A stretch of DNA of 63,570 nt, the filler included, from Platydemus manokwari (lineage: Eukaryota), in NCBI GenBank assembly GCA_037951405.1. It is 5 parts of 5 records of this genome, joined end to end, with 100 filler letters (N's around TTAATTAATTAA, not from the genome) between each part and the next. Parts side by side here need not be neighbours in the genome. Positions count along the whole stretch, not along the records: positions 1 to 15,754 come from JBBMOY011243651.1; 4 more parts are not named here. One strand, written 5' to 3'. Shown here in pieces: positions 1 through 12,827 of the stretch (the stretch's first letter is position 1; the number at the start of each line of letters is the position of its first letter). The notes below the pieces were generated by a model. The model was not told the DNA's origin. It saw nothing but the letters and a program-made list of their open reading frames with translations, and did no database searches. The position numbers and the translations under genes were made by a program.

Positions 1-393
1 TATGTTTAAATGATTTGGTAAAACAAAAACTTTAAACAACTAAAAAACATGAATAACTTTTGACTCAGCCTAATAATTGTTTCAAATATCTAAGTGTTTA
101 TTTAACGAAATATTTAGATTCTTTTATCTCCTAAAATAATTTGTGGGAATTTTAATATTTCATTTGGTTTCAATAATAAACAGCTATAATACAAATATAT
201 ATCAAGTAATAATTAAATGTAAACAGATAATACAACATAATTAAGACATAAAAATCATCTCATTATAAACTATTTAATGTATTAAGTGCGAAATATTTAA
301 TAATGATGAAATTACTTTTAAATATAAAAATAATATTTCAAATATAAATATCATGCCTAATTAGTTATTTCAATTTTTCGTTTCATTTAAACA

Positions 394-669
394 TTAAATG
401 ATGAAAATACAAGACAAACATAAAAACTCACGCATTTCAAAACCTGGTGTATTAATTAACATATCTGTCGTATATATACAATTGACATCACAATATGTAA
501 AACAATAACCATATGACTCATACGGATAACCATTGACGCATAAATTCGGACCATGGGCAATACGATATTTTTGAGTAGAACTATTAATACATACCGGATC
601 CTCAAAGATAAGATCTGGAAATAAATTGGCCATCTGCATGAAAATTAATAAGTGAAAAATGTTTATCAA
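394..669 (-). CDS. Possible small Cys-rich protein or terminal exon, unidentified
   Basis: 91-aa ORF with several Cys; a plausible acceptor (ttttcatgcag) precedes MANLFPD. No family recognised. Confidence 0.2.
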   Translation of the reverse strand: MINIFHLLIFMQMANLFPDLIFEDPVCINSSTQKYRIAHGPNLCVNGYPYESYGYCFTYCDVNCIYTTDMLINTPGFEMREFLCLSCIFII

Positions 670-2679
670 TGCAATAGCAAAATGAGATGTATTGAAAATA
701 TTTCAAGACTTGATGAAATAGAATTCTGATATTTCAATGAAGAGATTTTTGTTTCTTTGTCTTCAACATGTTTTTGTTAAGTGATTTGTCTGTGATGTGC
801 TCGATTATACGTGTATTAAAAGACAAGATGACACCAGATTTGTTTAACATAATAAAATCAAATCGAATATTTATTTAGCAAAATTCCTTCACAAAATAAC
901 ACATTTTAAAATTTTTGTTTTTAAATTAAATATCATTAAATAGAAATAGAAATTTATTTATGTATTTCGTTTATATTCAAATTACCAAACAATAACTGAT
1001 AACAAATTGTTTAATTAGAATCTTTAAACATACCACACAAAGTAAACAACCTTTTACAATGATCATAGTTAAATCCCAACAGTAATCATTTGCAAACACA
1101 TAACAACTTTGTATATGATCTGTTGGAAACTCTAGACGATATATATATAATGTCATACATATACAAATATTATGTCATCATATTTAAATAATTAATTATT
1201 ATTTATAAAAAGTATTTTATTTATAAATAATATCTTAAAAAAATTTATGAAAATTATAAAAATGATTTCAATTTTATTTCAATTGACATTTTAACAAATA
1301 CAAATAATTATTTAAACATTAAAATGATAATAAAATATTTTTTAATGATATTTCAATAAATAATTATATTTAATTAGATTAAAGCAATGTTAAAACATAA
1401 ACAAAATTCGAATTAATTAATTGAATAACAAAATAATATCTTAAATACTTACTCTTACAATGACTTACATTATCGCACATGTTTAAATAATTATTAAATC
1501 ATTAATTTATTGATTAATCTAATTTTAAATTATTCAATAAATAATATGACATCCTCATGTGGTTTATTATTACAAAATTTTTCATTTACAAAACGATTGG
1601 TTATTTTGTTTTAGAATTGAATATTTCATTTACGTTTGTGAGGATTAATTAAAATAATTAAAAAAATAACTCTTAACACATTTTGAAATTTAATATTGTT
1701 ATATAAAATGTTTTTAAAAAGTTTTGAAATGTTTTAAAAATATTAATTTCAAAATGTTTTTTTTAAAATTTTATTTTTAAAAAAAATGTTATAATTAAAA
1801 TTTTTAAAATAATTAATTAAATATATATTTATAATCCTGATCGAGGTAAATATTAAATGATAAAGCTTTCCAAATTTGTTTGAATAATGTTTTATTTGTT
1901 TTATTAAAATAAATTTGAGAAAATCCTAATCATGAGTTCTTTTGATGAAAAACCATTAAAAAGTGAAGTAGTGGCCATTATCAATATATTTGAAATATAT
2001 AAAAATGTTTTAATGAGCCAAATAAATCCTTGTTATTGGTCAGTTAATACGTCTATTTGAAAATTGATATTTTGATTTTTAAAATAATTTCTTAATCAGA
2101 AAGTATGTTCATCAAACGATTATGGCCGATACTCTTTTTAAAGAAGATAAACTTGTTTGTGTTTGAATAATTTTAGAAATATATTGGTATTTTGATTTGA
2201 GGACCCTAACGAACCAAAATTGAAGATATAGATAAAGAACATACACACGCACATATATATATTAGACTTTTAAAATTTTTTGCTTGAGGAACTTACTTAT
2301 TTCCGTCAGTGAATGTTGAATGATAGAAGACCACAATCTCATCAAAAAAAGCAACGCAACACACCCTTAAATCCTTATTTAGAAGTAGTTAAACTATTTT
2401 ATCTAATAAGGAACTTTTAATAAAAAGAGTAAATACATAAAATAACAAATTTCAATATTATTTATAAAATTTTACAATTTCTTCGTTCGTGTAAAATGAC
2501 TCAGAAATTTAGTTACATCCGAAAAAAAGAAGAGTTGAGAGATTAAAGGAAAGCTTTTTGAATAAAGAAAGGAAATTAAGATTGTGTTTGAGAGAATTTT
2601 TATGTTTTTATGAGAAATTTTGATGTATAAATGGAATAAAAACGTAAAATTAAATCTGGGCTAAAGTTAAAATTAAAGG

Positions 2680-3036
2680 ATCCTACAATAAATTTATAAA
2701 TTTATTGAGTGTATTGCAAAATTCTATATAGTTTATTTAATAATACTCTTAAAAAATATTTTGAATTTTTTATTTAAGTTTTTAAGAATAATTTTAGTTG
2801 TTTGAAATCAAATATTAAAAAGAATAGAGCTTAAAAATCTTCTAAAATTTGATTATTTGAAAAAAAATAAAGAAAAAAAGTCGAATTGCAATTGATAGAA
2901 AATTAACAAGAACCTCTTTGGTTAACATTAGAAGCAAATTGAAAGATATTCTCAATATTTACAATTATTTTATAAAAATAAGTAACGATATTATTGAACA
3001 TATCTGTAATTAACTAACTCGGTTTATAATTATAAA
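2680..3036. repeat. Dispersed ~360-bp AT-rich repeat, copy 1 (copy 2 at ~23235-23587)
   Basis: Colinear blocks shared with copy 2: tttagttgtttgaaat, ctaaaatttgattatttgaaaaaa, gtcgaattgcaatt, gaagcaaattga, catatctgt.attaactaactcg.tttataattataaa. Confidence 0.8.
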
Positions 3037-3699
3037 TATTTAGAAAGTTAAATAATCTTGTAGAAGTGTTGCGATTAGAATGGGAACTTGGTTTTAAAAC
3101 TATATTTTGTCACTATAAGATATCTTAGAAAATGAGATATTAATTGAATTATACGAATAAAGCAAACAGAATTTGTTACAAATATAAAATAATTGAAGTT
3201 GTGTACAAATGCTTATCGAAACTCAAGATAAACTGAATAAATATAATTTTGTTCCTTTAATTTACTTACAATTTCATAAGATTCATTTTTTATTTTTATT
3301 TTTGTTTTTTTTATTTGTGAATTATCAATTAAATTATTTTAAATAAATCAAATCTATCAAATTAGCAAGACCATAATTTCTAAAATTGAATTCAAAATAT
3401 AATTTCAATAAAAATAGTATTTATTTAAACAAAAGTCAAGGTTAAAATATATTTATTTATTTAAAACATTTAAAATTTGTTGGTAAAACACGAAAAATAT
3501 AACAACAAACTTGTTTGATATTTTCAGAATTTCTACAAAAGAGCAATGCATGTAATTTGTAAATATTTTCCAATATCGGGAACCATTTCATGTCATTCAG
3601 TGATGAAGCTTTGATTATGATTTAGAATATGAGTTACTAATAATTATCAGGTAGTTTCTTTGGGTGATAGATATGTGCAAATCATTTCTTTTGAGACAA

Positions 3700-6600
3700 T
3701 GAGGATCGTCATAGATGATCATCACCAACTAAATCAAATTTTCAATTCAATGCGCGAGCAAGTAATGTAGGTCTATATAGCTTATATTATTTCAATCATC
3801 TCAAATTTTATATAAAAAAATGAACGGCTTTGATATAAATAAAAGGATTGGAGAATTAAGAAAGATTATAGATTCAAGAAAATTTTTTTCATTTTAATAG
3901 TAAACATAAAGGACATTATGCTCGTTTTTATAAGATTGATGAATAGTTTTAATGTAGCGGACGAAAATGCAAAGATAATTTCGAACAGATGTTAAGGATG
4001 TCAAATTTGTGAATACCGAAAAAAGAAGCATCATACTAGAAGAGAACAATGTCTCGAGCTTGAATATACTTTAGATGAAAGATTATAATTTGTTGGATAT
4101 GAGTGACTGGAAACAACTTAAGTCAAGGAAATCTAGGCACAACCAATTTAAATAGATCGATGACAATTATGAGTAGTTTATGAATATGCAAGGAATTAAA
4201 CCAAGTAGAATGTTGATAGTCGATTGCAAGGTTGAAAATGAGAAAGTGAAGACACTCTTTGATATGGAGCTGAACTTAATATAATAAGCGAAGACTTATT
4301 CAATGGACTAATTAAAAATGATGATTCAATCAAAATGAGAAGATTTCCTAAAAGAATTACCTCTGTAAATGAATTAATAATAAAACCTTCAAAACAGGTT
4401 TATTTAAGAGTTGTAATTGGCGCGAGAGAATTATTTCAATATTTTGATGTAAAATCAGGAGTATTCCACTAATGTTTTATGGATGAAATTTCGGTCGTAC
4501 CCAGTAAACATTGCATTTTGTTTCTTAACTGCAGATAGAATCTTTAAACTGTTATGTGTCAGGTTCAAGGATAAGAATACTACAGAACTAGAAGCGGAAA
4601 TCCAGAATAATAAACGAGGAATTTTAACGAATGATGTGCTAATATCATAGAATAGAACATATAATGACCAACCAATAGCTGGAAAACCTGTAGAATTCAA
4701 TTAGGATTGGAAGAAGTTAAACATCAAATCGATAAAATGTTAGAATCAAACCTTATTAGCTTAGCTGATGTAGTGAGCAATTCCCAAATAGTGCTACTAT
4801 AGAAAAAGATGGAGCAACTAGAATGTATGTAGATTAAAGGGAAGCTAACTGCAGCTACGTCCAAACCGATTTTTCCAATACCGTATTTTGAAGAAGTACT
4901 TAATGTTGTAAAAAGGGTCAGATTTTTTTAACATTAGATTTGGCGAAAGGATATCATCGAATGAAGTTTGAGTAGAACGCAAAAGGAAAAAAAGCATTCA
5001 GCACCAGATACGGACATTTTCAGATTGATCGAATGCTTTGTCGATTATGTTCAACATTTTAGAAATTTTTAAATGTTGTTTGTAAAACCGAAAATTTTAC
5101 AAACTGCGTAATTTATATGGACAATATTCTGATATTTGGACGAGCAGTGAATGAACATAATAAAAGGATTGAAGAAGTTTTAAATCGAATCGATGTTGAT
5201 GGGCTAATAACAGCTCCAAAGAAGTGATTTTTTTTTAAAATAAATAAATTAAGTATTTAGGAAATGTGATTGATGTAAATGATATGCTAATAGATAGAGA
5301 CAAGGGATGCGATGAATCTCTTCTCGCTGCTCGAATATGCATCACAACAGAACAAAGACCTCAATCTGTACTGGATCGAACTCAAAGAAGCTTTTCCAAG
5401 CCTGATCCACGATGTCATCTGGTACACACTCAAATCAATGTGCTGCAACTTTCACTATAACGAAATAATCCAGGCCTTATACGACGACCGCAAAACCACA
5501 TACACTTGCTGGATGATCAAGACTCCACCAATACCGATCAATCGTGGTGTCAAACAAGGTTCCCTCTTGTCAATAACACTGTTCCGTCTCTCAATCGACT
5601 TTATTACTCGCTCATCATCGTATATTTTAGAACAGTTAACAGTCCACAGCACCCAATACTCCACACTGGCATACACTGATGACATTGTCATCTTAGCAAA
5701 TTCTGGAGAAAACTTAGAACACAGGCTCAATCACATTATCAGCACAACAAACAAAATTCAACTCACAATTAACACCATGCAGATACTTAACCAAAAACCC
5801 GAGGAACAGGATAGATCGTCAAATCAACGACGAACAAATACCGATCATTGACGCAGATAATCTATACAGATACCTTGGCGTATCTTTTAGACTCCCGAAG
5901 CGTTCTCCAGTCAACAACATTCTGCAAACAATCATATCAGACATCGAAGCCATCGCGACTTCACCCATCACAGAAGTTCTTAGCGTACAACATCTTCCTG
6001 CCACCTCTCAACTGATGTATGGATATTAGTCCACCAAGCAAGAAACAACCTCCTTCTGCTCAACTACACTTCATATTTTATCAAAATGTGATATTCCTTT
6101 CATAGCCGAAGATGCACTACTGAAAGAGAAACCGATGCTCATATCTTTATACACTACTCAGAGGTACCAGGACTTGCATCGAAAGACATGCTCCAATTCT
6201 CGACCATCTCGGACATTATCTCAGATCATTAGGCTATGACAGGGACATCGACACAAGTCAATCGGAAGTCAATACAAAGCTCGTTCTTGTCATCATTATT
6301 ATGAACAAAGCAAAACGTCATGCCTATATCGTGGATCTGAAATTTCCATTCGACATCGCCGACAATTTTGAGAAGCACAGATTACTAAACTTCGAAATAC
6401 AGGTCATTCTCCTCCGATATCAGGACCAAAACTCGCTTTGAAACCAGCTAAGACGTACTTTGTCTCGCAGTGCTCGGATCTTGGGACCCAAAGAACAATG
6501 AAGTTCTCTCAAACATCGGCTTCGACAAACCCCAAATCACATTCATCGCTGGATTCCTGATTCCTCATTGCTTAAAGACGTCATCGCCAGCTAAAAGGCT

Positions 6601-7345
6601 CACACGGATATGCGAAACCTCAAGCACCCATCATGGAACACTGCAAACAACTCACCAGACTTTGCAATGATTTGAAAGAGAATCGACAAGAACTCTAAGG
6701 AACCTGATTTGGAAACCTTATCAACAAAATATCCAAAGACTTCGGAAAGGTATATATTATAAAAATGATTCGAGGACTTGTGTTACCGCATTGCCAAGAT
6801 TGTTACGTTTATGTGAAAAAAATTTTAGTTTTTTTATCAAAATTGGTTAAAACCTTAATGTTTCAAGGAAGTACAGGGATTTCTGGGATTATGTAGTTAG
6901 TATATGTGTTTTATAAATGATTTTGCAAGTATTAAATAACCACTATATCAATTAATGAAGAAAGAGATTAAGTTTGAGTGGAACGATCTGGCAACTGCAT
7001 CTTTGTACAAATTAAAAGCATCTGTAATTTCAAGACGAGTTCCAATTTCACCATGAAAATAAAGGAAATATATTTTGTATACTGATGCATTTTTCGGTGA
7101 TACCGGAGCCGTGCTTTCTTAAACACATAACGTTGAAGAACGCGTGATAGCATAAGCATAAAAAATACTGACCAAAGAACATCGTAAATTTTGTATAACA
7201 AGAAAAAGGTTCCTAGTCATTTAACAAATAGGTCACAATATTGTATATGAAAAGCAGAGATGGAAATATTTGAAATGGAAATAGAATATAGGAAACGGAA
7301 AAACACATGAATGAAGATAAAATATTGAGAACCCGGTTTTTCTGA
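3700..7345 (+). mobile_element. Degenerate Ty3/Gypsy LTR retrotransposon (protease, RT, RNase H remnants) interrupted by a non-LTR fragment
   Basis: Broken frames: protease DCKVENEKVKTLFD-GAELNII (~4220-4290); RT EVKHQIDKMLESNLI, KKDGATRMYVD, LDLAKGYH, IYMDNILIFG, KYLGNVIDVNDMLIDRDK (4710-5304); resumes NWLKP*CFKEVQGFLGLCS and RNase H YTDAFFGDTGAVLS (6840-7120). Left boundary approximate. Confidence 0.85.
5305..6760 (+). mobile_element. 5'-truncated, decayed RLE-type non-LTR retrotransposon (NeSL/R5/Utopia-like)
   Basis: RT motifs WIELKEAFPSL, RGVKQGSLLSITLF, LAYTDDIVIL; knuckle remnant RRCTTERETDAHIF; RH motif RHAPILDHL; endonuclease remnant AYIVDLKFPFD and LGSWDPKNNEVL; clear shift to more C-rich composition. 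Confidence 0.85.
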
Positions 7346-7356
7346 AGATGGGTGGA

Positions 7357-7461
7357 TGTGATATATACACACATATATGTGTTTATGTTGAGATCCAAAT
7401 ATAATTGAAGGTACTTTTCAATAAATATTATTATTATTGTTAATATTATTTCAATCTTACA
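7357..7461 (+). repeat. Candidate short 3' LTR (TGT...ACA) after a purine tract
   Basis: gaagatgggtgga followed by TGTGA...TTACA, contains AATAAA; no matching 5' LTR seen in the window. Confidence 0.3.
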
Positions 7462-8454
7462 GTAACTATGGAAACAAATGGTGAAGAGTTCCTGAACTTA
7501 CAAATTAGTTACGGATCAATCCTAGAGATATATGTATATCTCTTAATTCATTTTGCTTCACAGTATAGATTCCATTGTCGCATAACTCGTCAATATAGGC
7601 AATATCCATTTAATTTATTTTTTTGACTTGCGGTCATTAAATGTTACTCTATGTTTTGTCTCTTCCTTACCTGACTGTGATTTTTAGACAACAATTTTTA
7701 TATAATTTTTATCTATTCTTTTATGGACGAATCTCATGATGTTCAATATTTTTCTGAAAAAATAAATTGTATATATTTTATTTAAATTTGCACTCTAATG
7801 CCAACTCTTTTCGACATCCGTTTTCCTTAGGATTGGAACGTGATGAAATTTAACAAAAATAAATAAGCAGTGCACTACGATAAATGAAGAATAAATAAAT
7901 TAACTTTTATAGATCTATTAAGTATCCCTATCTTCCTAAGTATGTATGATGAGTTATGAAATAGTCTTTGGAAGCTACATATATATTTAACTGTTGATTT
8001 TTATGCTAAATCTACGGATGCAAATTGTTTTAATATACTCAAAAATGTGTTTTTCAGTCCTAAAGTTACACTTGAAATAAACCACAATCAAAAAGACGCA
8101 GTCAATCAAGAATTTACAATTGAGAACGGCTCCCGAAGAATGAAATAGCAATGCAAAACAATTAATACCAAGAGAAAATTAATGACTATGTAAATCTTGC
8201 AGTTACTGGTGAGATTAAACTTCTTTTATAAACTTGCAGTCTGTGTTTGGGGTCCAGTTATATTTTGTTTATAGAACCTTCTATATGTAGTAGATTATCG
8301 AACAAATCTCGTTCCATTAGCCTATTTAATTTGTTGCATGTTGGTTACATGCATCAATTGATAATAAAATCATATTTATGTATTGATATTTTGGAGTTAT
8401 ATGATAGGCTATTTAACAAGTAGGTTAATCGAATTTGTGCATATATCCATTAAC

Positions 8455-8557
8455 ATGATTAAATAAAGAAACGCGTTGTATTTGTTAAAATAATTGGTTG
8501 GCGGACTAGTGTAGTTTTTTAGATAAATATTATCCCTGAAAGTGTTAATAACGTAAC
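8455..8557 (+). repeat. 5' LTR (or its retained part)
   Basis: atgattaaataaagaaac...agataaatattatccctgaaagtgttaat matches 10405-10506. Confidence 0.8.
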
Positions 8558-10404
8558 TGGCGACCACGCCATACAAATCGATGCAATCACAAGGAATCAG
8601 CAGAAGAAACAGTTATTAGAGAGTTTGCCGAAACAAGCACAAGAAATGCTCAATTTGAATATTCGAAAATTCAATGGGAGAAATTTAAATGAGGTGGCAA
8701 AGCAGATACGCGATACAGAGGTGTGGCTATTAATGAAAAGTTTTAGCCTGATTAGTGCCTTTGATTTACTCCATCCAGACGAGACAGATAAGAGTTCACA
8801 GATTGGTTGAGATGGTGATAAATTCCGAATTGAAACAAGATTCCGTGGTGAAAGATACCATCAGCAAAAGAACACGATCGAATGTGTTTAAAGACGCTCT
8901 TGCCTTAAAGCCAGACTTGAATATCATAGAATTTATGAGTGCTGCAAAGTTCTTTGAGAATCGAGAACAAAGTTTACAACGAGATTCAAAGACAGTCAAT
9001 ACAGTCTATAGAGCCAGCTATGCTATAACGCTAAAAACTAGAAGAAGCAACCGTTGGAATAACTTGCTCAAAACAGAAACCAAAGAGTCAAGTAATTATA
9101 AACCACTACATTCTATCAGAACACGGAAATCTTATCAAATAGTTTTAGAAATGAAAACACTTCAGATAGAGAGAGACCAGTATATTCGATGAAACACATA
9201 GCCAAGATGCATGCCAGATCCAAAAGAAGAACTATTATTTGAAGACAATTGCTTCTTCTGTGGAGAAAGCTGAAACTACAGAAGCCAGTACCCCTTAAGG
9301 CACAAGTGATTAATAGGCGGACAGGAAGGCTATCATTTCAGATCGTGCCATTTAATACGAGGTGCAAGACACAGAGTAGAAGGTAGAATTTTATTTATTC
9401 AGAACGAGATCGGAGAACAATTCGATCCAATTGAAGACCCAATAATACACGAGGAAAAATATCAAAAAAACTTCAACAACTCCATAGCATACATTTTGTT
9501 GGTGGGTTGAATCAATTGATAACAAGAAAATTTGAAATGAAACCAGGCGTGAAGGGATGTTTAAGAAGGACGACGCTAGGGTGTGGAGTTAAGTGTTTAT
9601 CAAGGGAGCTGAAGTAGAGATGTTGTGGACAGGCTTATTACAAAGTCGAACTACGTCCGAAATCCCAACATTTCTCAGCTTTTGGCACAAGAACAGGTCA
9701 ATACTGTTTTAACAGACTTTCGTTTGGACTATCTACAGCACCATCAACCTTTCAAAAACTAATGTACAAGTTGTTGGATGGATTGATTTTTAAAGGCATT
9801 GTTAAATATTTGGATGATGTGCTGATATACGGAAAAACTCAGAAAGAGTTTGACGATCTACAGGAAGTCGTTTTTTACAAATTCAAGAGTCGAGTCTGAA
9901 AGTGAATTCGGAGAAATGTACACTTATCAAAGATGAAGTAAGGTTTATCAGGACGGTACGAGATATGATAACAGCTACTTTAGAGAGTAAGAGCCATGAG
10001 AAAAATTGGGCTGAATTATTGCCAAGGATAGAATTCTGAATCAACGCAACACATCAATCAAGAACGAAGTTTTCGCCTTTCGAGATAATTTACTGGCGAA
10101 AAATCAATGTTCATACAGATGTGAATCACAAGAACCAAACTCGAGATGATATTGCAGAGAAAACTTTAAAGTGGCAGCCGACATAATGTCTAATCGAGGC
10201 AGGTAAAAAAAAACATCGAACATTTTAGGTGGGAGAGAATGTGATCGAGCAGATCTCCATTAGAGGGAGAAGAATGGATACCAGTACGAAGGTTCTTATC
10301 GAATTACCGGATTCAAATCAGGCAGACAAATGAAGATTAAATTTCCTCATGCGATAAAATCCTGACGATTAGAATGGGTGAAAAGGTGAAGTAGGCCTTA
10401 AGTG

Positions 10405-10506
10405 ATGATTAAATAAAGAAACACGTTGTATTTGTTTAAATGATTGGTTGTCGAATTAGTGTAGTTTTTTAGATAAATATTATCCCTGAAAGTGTTAATG
10501 ACTTAA
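10405..10506 (+). repeat. 3' LTR
   Basis: Direct repeat of 8455-8557. Confidence 0.8.
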
Positions 10507-10788
10507 TTTACCCTTTTCAGAGTTATTTTTCAAACATTCAACAATATTATAGCAGTACATAAGTCATTTAAACCAGATTCACCAATTTTTTTAAAAGACC
10601 ATAGATACAATACAAAGTAACATGAAATTGATAACTAGCTCCAAATACGTTTATAAAAATTGACCCCGAAAAAACATTAATATTCTAAAAAAATAATTTC
10701 ACATATCAAAAATTTTATTATTTATTTCAACATAAAATCATTTTAATGTTCCTTAATCTGCAGTAATTTAATCAATATTAAATTTTAA

Positions 10789-11738
10789 TCACAATTTGTA
10801 TGCACCTGCACCATTATTGTAAAGGTAACAATGGATTTCAGATTTCATTGAAAATGAAACACAATTCGCGGACAGAAAACAATTCTTTGCACATTCTAGG
10901 TGAGAGATGTTCTCAATTATTTTCACTGGAATGATTTCTTTGTACTCCGAACGAGTTTCAGATTTAGTAACTATAGACATCATGAACATCAAAATAAGGA
11001 TAATCATTAATTACATAATGAAGGATTTGATTTCGTAAATCGGCTTTCGAATATCTCGACTTCACAGAAATTAATTGGTTTTGCCTCGTGCGGTTTAGTT
11101 ATAACTATTGTTCTTGCAATCTAAATATATTAAATATGAGCGTTTCGAATGAATAATGTGCAATATTTTACAATTCCAGTTAGAGTTATGTTGACAATCC
11201 TTTTTGCTGCTATTTTATTACCATGATAATAGCCAATTTTGAAGAATTTAGACGAATTTTGTACAAATCTCGTTTGAACTTCCAAACTGGCATAAAATGT
11301 TAAAAGACCTGTCCGATAAGCTAAAGTATAACTATTAGATTTATATTATCAAATTTGAATGATCAAACCACAGCAATCAGTTCTAGCATAAATTCGAATC
11401 ATTGAAATGTCGGAAATATTTTTTAGCACTATAAGCCACCATTTGTCGACAAAATGGAGAAAGCTGTGGTAACAAGAATCTGGAAATTCATTATTGCTTG
11501 TTATTAATTTATTTCATATATCACTAGCACTTGAGTTGCTATTGTAATTTCCATCCACGGCATTAGATGCGGAGAAATTTAAAAATACATGATAGTGAGT
11601 ATTTAACGCAAATGTAGGCTGATTCCTGGATAAAATTTTACCTGGATGTGGAGACTTATCAAAGTAGTATAAAAAATTTTAATAACCGATTTCAGCAGAA
11701 TCAATAAAACTAACTAGCCATAATTTAAGAATAAGCAT
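10789..11738 (-). CDS. F-type lectin (fucolectin) domain + C-terminal PAN/apple domain protein, 6 exons
   Basis: Removing five ~44-51 nt GT-AG introns gives an open frame: MLILKLWLVSFIDSAEIG..FSASNAVDGNY..SCYHS..KWWLIVL..IRIYARTDCCAYR..INFCEVEIF..SHLECAKNCFLSANCVSFSM..CYLY. Fucolectin motif H-x27-RxD-x4-R and PAN Cys pattern present; a further upstream exon is possible. Confidence 0.85.
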
Positions 11739-12827
11739 TTCGAAATGAGATGGACGCGTCAATAAGTTATTTTTATCCGAAGGGAACTATGATTTTATTA
11801 AATAAGCCAATCATAATATTTGAAAAGAATATTTTCTAATGGTTTTTATGTTTACTACAATTCTTTAACTTGACTTTTCGTCGAGACCAATTAGTAACCA
11901 ATGATTTCATTGTGATAAGACAAATTCAGGACAAATAATGTTCTATCACCAACATAATGCTCATATTCCAGTATTATGTGTCTTATTTTTATTAAAGCTA
12001 TTGTTAATCACTAAATAACAACAAATATCGCTTATCATGCTTACCGTTCCTCTCATCTAAACATAAATATAATCATCACTTTACAAACAAATTGGTGCCT
12101 TTCATTTAAAATCCAATTGTTAATCATGGAAGGTTTGAAAAGAAAATTAAATAAAAAATAATAAAATATATTTGCACAGTAAAAATCGACCTGAAACAAT
12201 ATAAGAATCCTATTCATAGCTTATAACTGCTAAGCTGTGGAAATAACCAATCATGAGCACACTATTCTCCAGTTACACAAGATTTAAAAGAAAATCAAAC
12301 TTAAAACAATATTTTGTTATGTAAAGCAGTGTTGAAAACATCATTATCATAATCATCATTACTATAACTTTTATATTTCTCTTCGTTATTAAATTTACAG
12401 AACAAAAATCTTGAAGGGTAGAGATATGGGCAATGCACAATAATAAGTAAATACATAAGTGTATATATGTACAAATAATTCATAATAATAATTCAAAATA
12501 TAAATGAGGTAGTAGAAATTATAGCAACACAAATAAGTAAATTATGAATAATATAAATTATTAATATATGTTTCCGTAGTAATACAATAGAAATTTATTT
12601 TTAAATTCAAAAAAATTCAAATCATCATGGTAGCATAAGAAATGAGCGAGGAAAATGAGAAAAATTTGAAAGAAATTATCATGCCCCAAAATATTGATTT
12701 AAGTCCGATTTTTATTAAAACCCGTGTGACTTGAAAATTGGTTATTTTGAGAACTGGTTGTTCGCGCAAATCAGCAATTATCAGTATGAATAAGATTCTA
12801 ATATTTTTCAGGTCTATTTTTACTATT

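Larger units (their letters stand above)
8455..10506 (+). mobile_element. Internally deleted Gypsy-type LTR element (~2.05 kb) with ~100-bp terminal direct repeats
   Basis: Direct repeats 8455-8557 and 10405-10506; TGGCGACC PBS-like motif at 8558; gag-like frames with CFFCGE knuckle remnant; RT TFQKLMYKLLDGLIFKGIVKYLDDVLIYG; integrase NWAELLPRIEF..FSPFEIIY and YEGSYRI; purine tract before the second repeat. Confidence 0.85.
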
